From assembly GCF_001194135.2 (NCBI RefSeq), contig NC_068981.1, positions 23,583,250-23,621,998 of the forward strand: DNA of 38,749 nt, read 5' to 3'. Position 1 is the stretch's first letter. Every line of letters begins with the position of its first letter. Of this stretch, positions 1 to 11,590 are shown one piece after another. This stretch comes from Octopus bimaculoides. Taxonomy: Eukaryota. A program made the position numbers and the translations under genes. Below the pieces are notes generated by a model. That model was not told the DNA's origin. It saw only the letters and a list, made by a program, of their open reading frames with translations, and did no database searches.

Positions 1-52
<52 letters not shown>

Positions 53-60
53 CACACATA
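1..60. repeat. (TA)n/(CA)n microsatellite
   Basis: Direct dinucleotide runs at the window start. Confidence 0.95.
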
Positions 61-591
61 CAGACAACCATCCAACCATATACACATATTTAATTAGTGC
101 TTGTATATGTGTGTGTGTGTGTGTATTTATGTTATACGTGTGTATATTCCAGAATACATTCATAAACACAATCATAATCGGTACCAAAGAAAACTTAAAT
201 ACACAGAAAATATATCATAGACATACGTCGAACACTTACATAAACGGACACACACTCGCACAAATACAATCATTGATAAACATGCGCAAACAGATACTTC
301 CTCACATATATATACTTAATTACCATCATGAAAGGCGGGGGAAAAGGAAACCTATATAGAGCCTAGAAATAGCAGCCACATCTTCTTTCAGTCATTATCT
401 ACAGACTTGAAAAAAAAAAGGAAGACTCCATTAAGTATTGTAGTCTTAAAACATCCCGAACGGGCGTGATGGTCACGGCTGAGATACGTTCCATCACAGG
501 GTTGCCTGAGACTTGACTTTAAAAAAATCTAAAGTAAGAAAAGTAAAACAAAAAAATCTACCTTCTCTGTCACTTTTAAAAATACCCATAT

Positions 592-677
592 TACCACCAC
601 CACCACTACCACCACAACCACCACCACCACCACCACCACTACCACCACCATCACCACCACCACCAACAACAACAACA
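592..677. repeat. (CCA)n/(CAA)n trinucleotide microsatellite
   Basis: Direct run; explains the poly-Gly ORF 494-682 on the minus strand. Confidence 0.95.
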
Positions 678-1263
678 TACACACTTACTTAGAGATTATC
701 TATCTATGCAGTATGTTATGTATGTTAACTTTTGTGCACAGAATTCGAATATAATTTGGTATCCATTCATGTATATAACACTAGTAGCTGTAACACACTG
801 CAAACAAAAATCTAATTTCCTTCCACAGAACAATATTAAATTTACAGTGTTCTGTTCATATAATAGACAATTGATTTATCTAAACACCACAGCCATAAGA
901 TGAACTCCAGATTTTGAGGAAACTAGTTTCGTATATGTCGGCAAAAATCAGTTTAATAAAGCACGTAAATAAATAACCTTAACGTGTTGTGAAGATAAAA
1001 ACATTTCATAATTCTCCTCTTCCAAGATTTTATCGTTTTTCTTAAAGCTTTATTAAAGAAAAACATGCAGCTGTTGATCAAATAAACAATCTACTCATTG
1101 AATTTGAAGTGCGAAGCGGTTCACACGAGCAGTTTTAACGGGATTCTCTTGTAGAATCAGCGCGACACAATGTAACAAGGCGGGAACGATCGAATTGCAG
1201 GCAGAGTTCTTTTTGCGGCCTTCTAATTTCTCCTCCCTATTAATTCATTCATGATATATATAT

Positions 1264-1462
1264 GTGGAGACCCTCACCTCGGTCATGACTGACGTTGGAA
1301 TTGTACCTAGAAAGTTACCCTCCCAGGCACAAGTCCGGGAAAGGTTGTTTATCGAAGACCAGCAGTCGCCCATGCATACCAGCCTTCCCTCTCCACACCA
1401 CCGATTTTATCCAAGGGAAAGGCAAAGGCCGATACAGAATAAAGCGTCTTGCTCAAGAACAC
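1264..1462 (-). mobile_element. SINE family B, 3' part, cut by an assembly gap
   Basis: Ends in GCGTCTTGCTCAAGAACAC, the reverse complement of the GTGTTCTTGAGCAAGACAC box in the tRNA-headed copy at 20099-20256; the body matches my recollection of an abundant octopus SINE. Confidence 0.75.
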
Positions 1463-1941
1463 NNNNNNNNNNNNNNNNNNNNNNNNNNNNNNNNNNNNNN
1501 NNNNNNNNNNNNNNNNNNNNNNNNNNNNNNNNNNNNNNNNNNNNNNNNNNNNNNNNNNNNNNNNNNNNNNNNNNNNNNNNNNNNNNNNNNNNNNNNNNNN
1601 NNNNNNNNNNNNNNNNNNNNNNNNNNNNNNNNNNNNNNNNNNNNNNNNNNNNNNNNNNNNNNNNNNNNNNNNNNNNNNNNNNNNNNNNNNNNNNNNNNNN
1701 NNNNNNNNNNNNNNNNNNNNNNNNNNNNNNNNNNNNNNNNNNNNNNNNNNNNNNNNNNNNNNNNNNNTATATATACAAGGGACTCAATATGATTTAAGTA
1801 GTTGACTGTTTATACGCAAATGGAATTGACATACGTATATGTGTGTTCGTGTACACGCACACACACACACACGCGTGTGTGGGTATGCACACACGATTGT
1901 ATATATGTGAATATGAGCATATTTGTATATGCATAGATGTG

Positions 1942-1972
<31 letters not shown>

Positions 1973-2249
1973 ATAAAATTTTGTCGAATGACGCTATGTA
2001 CAACGGCTCAGGTTCGCTTACTGCTCAAACTCAAACTTGAACTACATCTAAAACAAATGTGATGTAGCTGCCTAGCAAGGAATGGCTTTAGTGGTTCATC
2101 ATTGAGCGGATAGATATCTATTAGAAAGAAAGAACGAACATGCAAAACATTTGGTATCACTTTAGAGTGTAATATATAACTGAAACGTAATTGTATCTTC
2201 AGAGAGGAAGAATTAAGGAATATCCTTATTAAAGGGTATTAGTAGTTAC

Positions 2250-3760
2250 TAGTTTCATCGCCGAAGAATGAAAGAAGATACTCAAGCCAAGAAACATCGC
2301 AAAAATCTCTTAGCAGTATGCCTACGCTACAAGAAAGCATTTCATTCGGTCCTTCACTCATGGATGATAGAATCACCACACGTTGTCAAAGTACCAGCTG
2401 CGACAGTGCATGCCATTGAAAGAGACTGGCAACTACTAAAGCAACACCTATTGTTACAAACAATTAAGTCATCAACAGGCATATTGCAGGGTGATAGCTT
2501 GTCTGCAATGTTGTTTGTAGTGACAGTGAACTCCTTGGAAACAAAATTCCAAGGTTACATGCTAGGATATGCAGAGAAGAATAAAAATTAATGTCACCCA
2601 CACATTTTTTGTTGATGAACTAAAGTCATATTTTGGTAATATGAGTAACATCAAGAAACAATTAGTCGTAACATTCTCACGGAATATATGAATGAAGTTT
2701 GGGCAAGTTTAATACTCATTTGTGATAGTCAACGGAGGAAGGATTGTCGACAAAGAACATGTGCATCAATGGGTTATCTATCTCTCCTAGGTCTAATGAT
2801 GAACACTAAAAGTGCCTCGGAACCGATGCGAATGCTTCACACGCTGGTGCTGTGGCAAAAACCAGCGTAACAAAATATTTCTACATAATCCGGGAAATTT
2901 AGAACTCAGAACTGTTTTCATTTAGCAAGAACATATCTTAGAATGTTTATGCAGTGCCAGCGCTAGTACCACCATTTAGGATGTTGGACGGAATCTGCAA
3001 CCTGGACATCAAAAGTAGAAACATACTGACCACCACTGGCAACTTCTACATCAACATCCACACCGACAAAATGTATGTGAGGCAAAGAGGTGGTAGCAAA
3101 TGCATAATATCAGTCCAAATACCCTTTGAATTTTGCATTGTATCGATCGGACAACACCTGCTGAACAATAAAGAAATGTATACATACTAAAAAATGAGAG
3201 AAACAGCATCTTCAGAGTTGGAGAAGAAATACTGCGCAGGTACTCTGAAAATACAACTGTTTCACGTGACCCAAAGGAGGCTGGACTGACCTACCTAAAC
3301 AAAAGCTTGGAGGAGAAACCTGCATCATACCAGCAGAGAGCAATGTATGGGTGCATATCTCGTAAGCACTGAAAGGAAAAGTAGTCACTTCTGGACCTGT
3401 AATACGTACATCACATCCCATCGAGAAGGATATACCTTCGCTATTCAGGAACAGGAGATAGCTAGAAATTACCTGATAAACAAGAAAAACAAAGATAGCA
3501 CGAAACCTCCGGGTTGTAACGAAAAATGTGGCCTATCCTATACCAATGTGGAAGATATCACCCGTATCATCAGCAGCTGTCCCAAAATGTCTACAGGACA
3601 TTACCTATTTCTGAGGTATGATATAGTTGCAAAGATTATTTACGATGTTATCTATATGAGGGATTGCCCTGACATATACATCAAAAGCATATCATAACCA
3701 ACATGCATTTATACCTTTAAAAACAGGGAATACTGGTGGAATACTCCAATAGAAACAGCA
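2250..3760 (+). mobile_element. Decayed R4/Dong-clade (RLE-type) non-LTR retrotransposon: RT domain plus CCHC knuckle
   Basis: Frameshifted translations give KNLLAVCLRYKKAFHSVLHSW (cf. WIDYKKAFDSVPHSW), GILQGDSLS (~2479), THTFFVDELKSY (cf. HLLFMDDLK, ~2596), FAIQEQEIARNY...KCG....EDITRIISSCPKM...YLFLRYDIVAKII (CCHC region, ~3440-3640) and EYWWNTPIETA (~3729). Multiple stops and frameshifts. Confidence 0.85.
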
Positions 3761-5148
3761 ATATACTTATACAAATAAATATTCTATGTCCATCTATCTT
3801 TCGATACATCTTTCTATGAATTTGTTTATCAATTTATCATACTGCAGATGTGTTTGCCTATTCACGCACAGACATGTACATATATAATATAATATAACAT
3901 AATGTAATGTAATATAATATGATATGATATGATATGATATAATATGATATAATATAATACAATATATTATATGTGCGTACGTATATGTCTAAACATAATA
4001 GGTTTCATATGCACGGTGAAAAGCTAGAATCAAAACAATGACTTTCATATTCATTCTTAATACATTCTGGTAGATTTGAATGTGTATATGCAAATCACTG
4101 TTTTGATTCGCAAAGGAGACCAACGTCTCCTTTAAGACGAATATATANNNNNNNNNNNNNNNNNNNNNNNNNNNNNNNNNNNNNNNNNNNNNNNNNNNNN
4201 NNNNNNNNNNNNNNNNNNNNNNNNNNNNNNNNNNNNNNNNNNNNNNNNNNNNNNNNNNNNNNNNNNNNNNNNNNNNNNNNNNNNNNNNNNNNNNNNNNNN
4301 NNNNNNNNNNNNNNNNNNNNNNNNNNNNNNNNNNNNNNNNNNNNNNNNNNNNNNNNNNNNNNNNNNNNNNNNNNNNNNNNNNNNNNNNNNNNNNNNNNNN
4401 NNNNNNNNNNNNNNNNNNNNNNNNNNNNNNNNNNNNNNNNNNNNNNNNNNNNNNNNNNNNNNNNNNNNNNNNNNNNNNNNNNNNNNNNNNNNNNNNNNNN
4501 NNNNNNNNNNNNNNNNNNNNNNNNNNNNNNNNNNNNNNNNNNNNNNNNNNNNNNNNNNNNNNNNNNNNNNNNNNNNNNNNNNNNNNNNNNNNNNNNNNNN
4601 NNNNNNNNNNNNNNNNNNNNNNNNNNNNNNNNNNNNNNNNNNNNNNNNNNNNNNNNNNNNNNNNNNNNNNNNNNNNNNNNNNNNNNNNNNNNNNNNNNNN
4701 NNNNNNNNNCAATGACTCGCTTATTTCTAGAAAGACGATGTCGAAACGCCTGATGACTCTGGCTTTATGAATATATATTCGTCTTAAAGGAGACGTTGGT
4801 CTCCTTTGCGAATCAAAACAGTGATTTGCATATACACATTCGAATCTACCAGAATGTATTAAGAATGAATATGAAAGTCATTGTTTTGATTCTAGCTTTT
4901 CACCGTGCATATGAAACCTATTATGTTTAGACATATACGTACGCACATATAATATATTGTATTATATTATATCATATCATATCATATTATATTACATTAC
5001 ATTATGTTATATTATATTATATATGTACATGTCTGTGCGTGAATAGGCAAACACATCTGCAGTATGATAAATTGATAAACAGATTCATGGAAAGATGTAT
5101 CGAAAGATAGATGGACATAGAATAATTATTTGTATAAGTATATAGCTG
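3756..5148. repeat. Inverted duplication of ~380-390 bp (3756-4147 vs 4772-5148) around a gap
   Basis: The right arm is the reverse complement of the left arm apart from a few substitutions and a different pentanucleotide-repeat length. Confidence 0.95.
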
Positions 5149-5589
5149 AATATTGGCACATGTTTCTCTGTGTGTGCGTATATGTGAGTGCATACATTTA
5201 TATGAACGTGTGCGCATGTATCGTTATGTCTAAGTGCAGACAAGTAGAACTAAAATATGTAGACAAAGAGAAACAGGTGGAAAGATGTATATGTGTATAA
5301 TATATGCACACATACGCACATATATATGTTATATGTGCGCATTCACAAGCATACACATGCATAGGCACACACACATATAGACAGATAGGTAGATAGATAG
5401 ATAGACAGATAGATAGATAGAGAGAGAGATGTATAGAGGGGAGATACTTACGTACAAGTATATGTAAAAGATTATATATAGTACATTGAAAACCATCAGA
5501 GACAAGAAATTAGATAAATATATGAAGGTATCTGCATGTGGGTGCGAATGTGTTTAATATGTGTACACACAGGTGCGCACGCGCATGTA

Positions 5590-5640
5590 TGTATACCTAC
5601 ATATATATGTATATATATATTTGTATGTATACATATATGC

Positions 5641-5699
<59 letters not shown>

Positions 5700-6080
5700 T
5701 ACATATATATTGTATGTAAGAGTCGAATATATAAACGAGCTGACATAAATGATAGACAGATGTACCCACAGAAAAATAACTGGTTATGTGTGTGTGTATG
5801 TATGTGTGTTTGTGTGTGTGTGTGTTTGTGTGTGTTGCGTGTGTGTGTGTGTGAGAGAGAGACAGTGTGTGTGTGTGTGTGTGTTGTTGCTGTTGTATGT
5901 GTATTACTGCTGTAATAAAGATAATGGATTCCTAAACTCTGTTGGTGTTATAGTCATTCATCATATTGCATACCACACATTGAGCTGCGTTTGAATACAA
6001 GTCCACTTGATCTTTGAATAAAGATTACCATATATATATATGTGCCTGTGTGTGTTTGTGTGTGTGCATGTGTGTATGTA

Positions 6081-6171
<91 letters not shown>

Positions 6172-6230
6172 GTATACACATATATACTCAATATATACAT
6201 ACATATATATAAATATATAAGCATGTAAGT
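5590..6230. repeat. Compound (TA)n/(TG)n microsatellite field
   Basis: Direct runs; source of the YIYI/CVCV ORFs. Confidence 0.95.
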
Positions 6231-6299
6231 GTACGTAGACAATCTCGTGTGGATTCTCTCTTACATTTTTTGTTATAGATTTATATTTTCGTGTGTTTC

Positions 6300-6430
6300 T
6301 CATCTTTCTCTTTCAACCCACTTTGTATATTTCGAAGGAAGTACATATCCGAAACATCGTAATTAAATCTTTCCACTTTCTGAGCAGCAAATATCTCTAA
6401 TTTAAATCAGGTTTTTGTTCTGTCCGTCTC
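6300..6430 (+). mobile_element. Degenerate Penelope-like 3' end with a decayed hammerhead motif
   Basis: TTCGA-A-GGA-agtacata-TCC-GAAAC followed by aaatctttccactttctgagc, which resembles the sequence after the motifs at 11084-11119 and 37842-37876. Confidence 0.45.
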
Positions 6431-6439
6431 TGTCACATC

Positions 6440-6928
6440 GTGGTGTGTATGTATGTATGTTATCAATCAGTTTCATTTCTGTATTTCTTGTCCATAGAGA
6501 AAGAGCTGGACTCTAACATAGATTGAAGGCTCCTTCATTGGAACTTTTATCACCATCATCTAGGTATTTGTGCATATGTGTGTGCGTGTGTGCAGTATTT
6601 GGTGTTAGTGTATGCGCAGATTTGTATGTTTGTTTTATGGATGCGTTTTTATGTATATATTTTCATGTCTAGATGCATGCATATGTATTTATGTGCTAAA
6701 TTTTTGGAAAGTTTTACATATCTTTACAGTTCCATTGATGGCTTGAATCTGTAGTCTTCTAATCAGCCTTTTTCTTTCAGGTTTTGAGAACCCTAATTTT
6801 TCCAGGTTTTTGTTGAGGCAGTTCGTTACATATCCCAATGCCCCAACAATCACGGGTATGAATCTAAACTTTTAGTCTTGTTGGAGTATCTGCAAATTTC
6901 TCAGTAGCTCGGCGTAGTTGTTGTCTTG
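6440..6928 (-). mobile_element. R4/Dong-clade LINE 3' end (C-terminal RLE region plus probable 3' UTR)
   Basis: Minus strand reads NYAELLRNLQILQ/(frameshift)/FRFIPVIVGALGYVTNCLNKNLEKLGFSKPERKRLIRRLQIQAINGTVKICKTFQKFST* with the stop at 6689-6691; typical end of RLE-type LINE ORFs. Flanked by (GTAT)n on both sides. Confidence 0.8.
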
Positions 6929-6964
6929 TATGTATGTATGTATGTATGTATGTATGTATGTATA

Positions 6965-8065
6965 GTCAAAAGTTGGAGACTCTACCTAAATCTATTTATT
7001 TAGGAAGTACCTTGAATACTGCTGGTCTTGATGATGAAATTTCATACAGAATCAGCAGGGCTAGTAGTGCTTTTGGTAGGCTTGATGGGCGTCTGTGGAA
7101 ACAACATATCTTCACAACTTAAAGTTAAGGTATATAACACATGCGTCCTCCCATCTTTGCTATATGGAAGTGAGGCATGGGTTGTTTACCGTAGGCAGGT
7201 AAGGCAATTGGAATGATTTCATCAATACTGTCTGAGAAAAATTTGGGGGAGAAACTGGAAAATGGCCATTAGTTATGTGGAGGTGCTTGAGAGGAGTGGC
7301 AGTAGAAGTATAGAGTCAATGATTTTGCAAAGACATTTGAGGTGGGTGGGTGGGGGGCTTTGATAAGGATGAGTGATGAGCGACTGCCCAAGCAGCTATT
7401 GTATGGTGAGCTGGAAGATGGCAGGAGACAAGCACATAAGCCTAAACTAAGGTTTAAGGATTGCCTTAAAGATGCTCTAATACAGACAGGAATTGCAGCT
7501 GGTAATTGAGAGAGAGAGGCACAACTACGTGATGGATGGAGGAAGATAGTGCATGATGGTTATTCAAGGTTTGAGAGGGAGAGAGTGAAGTATGAGAGAA
7601 TTAGAATGTTGCTTAGAAGGGGGACGAACCTGTGGAAAGTGAGAGAGTGCTGCTTTTTATGTGCGTGGTTTGTGGGCGGAGGTGTTGGAGTTGTAAAGGC
7701 CTGGTTTGTCAACAAAATTCTCATAGAAATCTACCCATGATAAACAATGATGTGGCTATTAAAATTCATAACTGAACGTGCGTAAAATGTGGAAGGGTGT
7801 GCCTCTCAGTCGGAGGTCTAAAAAGACATGTTAAGAAAGTGCATATGGTGGGACCTGTTTCTCCTGCCAGCCAGCACAATTGTCTAGTATGTAATAAAAT
7901 ATGTAAAAGCTTGGCCGGGCTTAAAAGTCATACAAGGGCATCACATGGCAACAGTCATGAATCATTTCGGTAAGTCTTCTTGGCAATGGCTTTTCTCGTG
8001 TAACGAGGATGCAGCTGTGTGTGTTGCATGTATGTATGTATGGATGTATGTATGTATGTATGTAT
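6965..8065 (+). mobile_element. 5'-truncated RTE-clade LINE with C-terminal C2H2 zinc fingers and (ATGT)n tail
   Basis: IYLGSTL...DDEISYRISRASSAFGRL...LW; KVKVYNTCVLPSLLYGSEAW; LRWVG; RMSDERLPKQLLYGELEDGRR....KLRFKDCLK are RTE/BovB-like post-RT motifs. Then three C-x2-C...H fingers at 7656-7946. Several in-frame stops. Confidence 0.9.
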
Positions 8066-8400
8066 CTCTCTTTGGAGTTTTCCTGCAAGGAAGGGGCTGG
8101 TATCTAATAAAGATACAAAACTTCATCTTACAGATCGTATTTGTAATGTGCTTGTTTTCAGCACTAGATTTATATATATATCTTTGTTGGTGTAGATAAG
8201 TAGTAGAGTGGAATACTTTCCAATAATCAATCCATACTCTTGCAAGGATTCTGCTGTGTTTCTTATTTCGGATAATACAGCTTTGCTTATTAAAACCTGT
8301 TTGGCACATCCCCACACTCCCTTCATTTCATGTCTCTGCTCTTCGGAATTTATGTCATTGGACTCACAAACACCGTGAAGGAACTGATACAGCTTTTGCA
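8066..8400 (-). mobile_element. R4/Dong-clade RT fragment
   Basis: SEEQRHEMKGVWGCAKQVLISKAV (cf. EEQKGCRKGSRGCKEQLLIDK) and KHSRILARVWIDYWKVFHS (cf. NLSMAWIDYKKAFDS) in adjacent frames. Confidence 0.75.
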
Positions 8401-8404
8401 AAGC

Positions 8405-8496
8405 TTCTACATAATGTTTCTACAAGCATTATGTACAAGCTTGTACATAATTTTCCTACAGGCTACATAATGTTTCTACAATAATGTTTCTACAAC
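8405..8496. repeat. Short tandem ATAATGTTTCTACAA repeats with a perfect 24-bp palindrome at 8428-8451
   Basis: ATTATGTACAAGCTTGTACATAAT is its own reverse complement; three ATAATGTTTCTACAA units nearby. Confidence 0.9.
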
Positions 8497-9079
8497 CTTT
8501 CTGCCAACACGGTGGTTTTTAATCTTGGCTACAACATTCATTCGTGTTATAGCAAACAAATTTGGTACGTCAATCTGGCCCTCCATAATTCCTATACCTG
8601 TCTGCCTACCAACCTGTCTTTCTTTAGAAGGTCAGCCTTTTGTACGAGTATCCAACTTATAGCTCTCTACATGGTGCCGCTATCAGGTACATTTGAGGTC
8701 GAATATGTATGTACTTGCTGGGCCCGTGCCGTCAAAAATGACGATACTTGTAGTATTTTATATATAAATAAGGTACAAAACGAAGTTTCTCGTTTAATAA
8801 TTCTTTTGTCACCAATTTTTTTGCGGTATAAATTTACGCAAATAACATCTGTTGACTGATTGCTTCCTTCAAAAGAATTTTAGTTTTCTTTCGTTCTTGT
8901 AAGACTTAAGGCCACATAAAGCAGGCCGTGACTAAATACGGGATAGAATATGGATGGTAAATCAAATTAATACATTTGTCAACGTTATCTAGTTGTTGTC
9001 TTTTGAGATATGACATCATCGATCATCGTGTGTTACTGAAAGAACGCTGATTCACATAATAAAACATTCGCATACCTCC

Positions 9080-9220
9080 CTTGTCACGCACAGACATACT
9101 CACATATTCTGACACAGAGTTGAAACGCTGTTTGATTTTTCTTTTCGGCGTTGAATGTTCACCATCCCACTTCCATTGCACACACACACACACACATACA
9201 CACACACACACACACGCACG

Positions 9221-9251
<31 letters not shown>

Positions 9252-9356
9252 ACACAACTATTTACATACCTCCCTTTTACATACACACACATATACTCAC
9301 ACAGAGTTGAAAAGGTGTTTGATTTCTTTTTTCGTAGAATTTCCATCATCCCACTA
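9080..9356 (+). repeat. Old direct duplication of a ~95-bp unit separated by (CA)n
   Basis: CATACCTCCCTT...ACACAGAGTTGAAA..GTTTGATTT...CATCCCACT occurs at ~9080-9175 and ~9263-9356. Confidence 0.85.
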
Positions 9357-10984
9357 CTACTACTAAGTTTTGCCATCACCCTCTCCCTCCTTATTCACCT
9401 ATCACTCCTTCCTTTCTCATTCATATGATGTGACAAAGAAAAACACAAGAGTATTTTTATAGTAAATTATTGTCGATCTTCTTTTAGTTTTCTTCTCTAA
9501 CAGTATTCAGCCACGATGCATTCTGGTTGAAGTATCTCTTTCCGTTCCAGTCCTTAGACTATAATGATTCAAGATTTTCTTGAGAAGGAACTTTCATAAA
9601 GGTAATGTTTTTCTTTCCCTTCTCTCGGTACAATGCCTGTAGACTGGAAGCAAACTTATAGCTTATTCTGGCAAGCTCAAAATTTTTTCTAGGATAATTT
9701 CCCTCCAAGTGCTTGGTATAAAGAGTTCCCATAAAGTTTTGATATTTTTTGAAAGCATATATGTAATACATGTATGCATATACCTGTCTGCCTACCAGCC
9801 AACCAACCAACCAGCCAACCAACCAACCTACCTACCTACCTATATATGCATATATCATTATAAATATACAGGGATTAGCAATTGAGTTGCTTCTGAAAAT
9901 TTCAGTATGTTGGAGAAGCAACTCAATTGCTAATCCCTGTATATTTATAATGATAAATAGTTTTACCGATAAAGGTTTTTTTCATACTGAACTACTTGGC
10001 AAAATTGTTAATTATTAATTCTATTATTAATTGACGATTCTCTGCCCTTATTCTTGTATATTTTATATTTGATATCTCTAAGTTGGATGGCTAAACCGTA
10101 ATCCCTTCCACACGGGACTTTTTTTCATACGGGACTATTTGTGATGCACATGGAATAGATTTCTTTGAGGTGAGGTGCCTGAACTCGCTAGCCGATGAAT
10201 TCGTAAGTGCCTTTCTTATCGTTGATTTTTNNNNNNNNNNNNNNNNNNNNNNNNNNNNNNNNNNNNNNNNNNNNNNNNNNNNNNNNNNNNNNNNNNNNNN
10301 NNNNNNNNNNNNNNNNNNNNNNNNNNNNNNNNNNNNNNNNNNNNNNNNNNNNNNNNNNNNNNNNNNNNNNNNNNNNNNNNNNNNNNNNNNNNNNNNNNNN
10401 NNNNNNNNNNNNNNNNNNNNNNNNNNNNNNNNNNNNNNNNNNNNNNNNNNNNNNNNNNNNNNNNNNNNNNNNNNNNNNNNNNNNNNNNNNNNNNNNNNNN
10501 NNNNNNNNNNNNNNNNNNNNNNNNNNNNNNNNNNNNNNNNNNNNNNNNNNNNNNNNNNNNNNNNNNNNNNNNNNNNNNNNNNNNNNNNNNNNNNNNNNNN
10601 NNNNNNNNNNNNNNNNNNNNNNNNNNNNNNNNNNNNNNNNNNNNNNNNNNNNNNNNNNNNNNNNNNNNNNNNNNNNNNNNNNNNNNNNNNNNNNNNNNNN
10701 NNNNNNNNNNNNNNNNNNNNNNNNNNNNNNNNNNNNNNNNNNNNNNNNNNNNNNNNNNNNNNNNNNNNNNNNNNNNNNNNNNNNNNNNNNNNNNNNNNNN
10801 NNNNNNNNNNNNNNNNNNNNNNNNNNNNNNNNNNNNNNNNNNNNNNNNNNNNNNNNNNNNNNNNNNNNNNNNNNNNNNNNNNNNNNNNNNNNNNNNNNNN
10901 NNNNNNNNNNNNNNNNNNNNNNNNNNNNNNNNNNNNNNNNNNNNNNNNNNNNNNNNNNNNNNNNNNNNNNNNNNTATACATATA

Positions 10985-11520
10985 TATATATATAGTAAGA
11001 TTTTACCAAAAAAACAAAAGAAGAAAATGGGTGTGTAAACAACATACTGATATATTAGTTTAACGCTCGGGAAGTGAGAAAGTCTTTTACGTTTCGAGCC
11101 TACGCTCTTCGACAGAAAGGAGCACAGAAATAAACGAGGAGAGAAGTAGAAAATAGAAAATAAAAAGTAGAATAAGGTTTAGTGGCTAATATATACATGA
11201 TAAGCTGCTTGCAAGCAACAATCACAATAAAAACAATAACGTTTATAGATCGAAAAATAAAGATCAATTTGAACTAACCTAAAAATATCTGCCTAAGTTT
11301 AAACGTTGTCACTTGTAGTTGAGAGTTGCAGTGCTATGTAGTCCCTTGCATCAAACCAGTACCTGGAACAAACTTTCTTTTACTTGTTAGGTCGAGGAAG
11401 GCCGCTGAGTCGTATCCAGAAAGCGTTGAAAAAGTAAAAGCGGCGGTAGTTGAAAAAAGTCGGAGTAGCATGATGTTGAACGACGGTTGGTAATCCTTCT
11501 TTTAACAAGCCTGATCTAGA
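10985..11520 (-). mobile_element. Penelope-like element 3' end with minimal type I hammerhead motif
   Basis: The minus strand contains the hammerhead-like core at 11084-11119, then a pyrimidine-rich tail ending in (TA)n. A weak GIY-YIG-like C-terminus (AFWIRLSGLPRPN) lies upstream and is tentative. Confidence 0.6.
11084..11119 (-). ncRNA. Minimal type I hammerhead ribozyme-like motif (A6U variant)
   Basis: CTTT-CTGTCGA-A-GAGC gtag GCTC-GAAA-CG-TA-AAAG: 4-bp stem I, 4-bp stem II, 1-bp stem III with a CG palindromic loop, GUA cleavage triplet. Core position 6 is U instead of A. Confidence 0.55.
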
Positions 11521-11590
11521 TTGATCCATCTATTTTACTTTAGTGAGAGGGAAATTATCTATCCCATATCAATTTATTTCATAGTAATAA

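Noticed and set aside
4735-4765. GTCGAAACGCCTGATGACTC containing both hammerhead boxes
   Set aside because: The boxes are in the wrong order and spacing, with no room for stems I and III.
9578-9583. In-frame TGA in the exon-like segment as selenocysteine
   Set aside because: There is no selenoprotein-like context or visible SECIS, and a TAA follows in the same joined frame.
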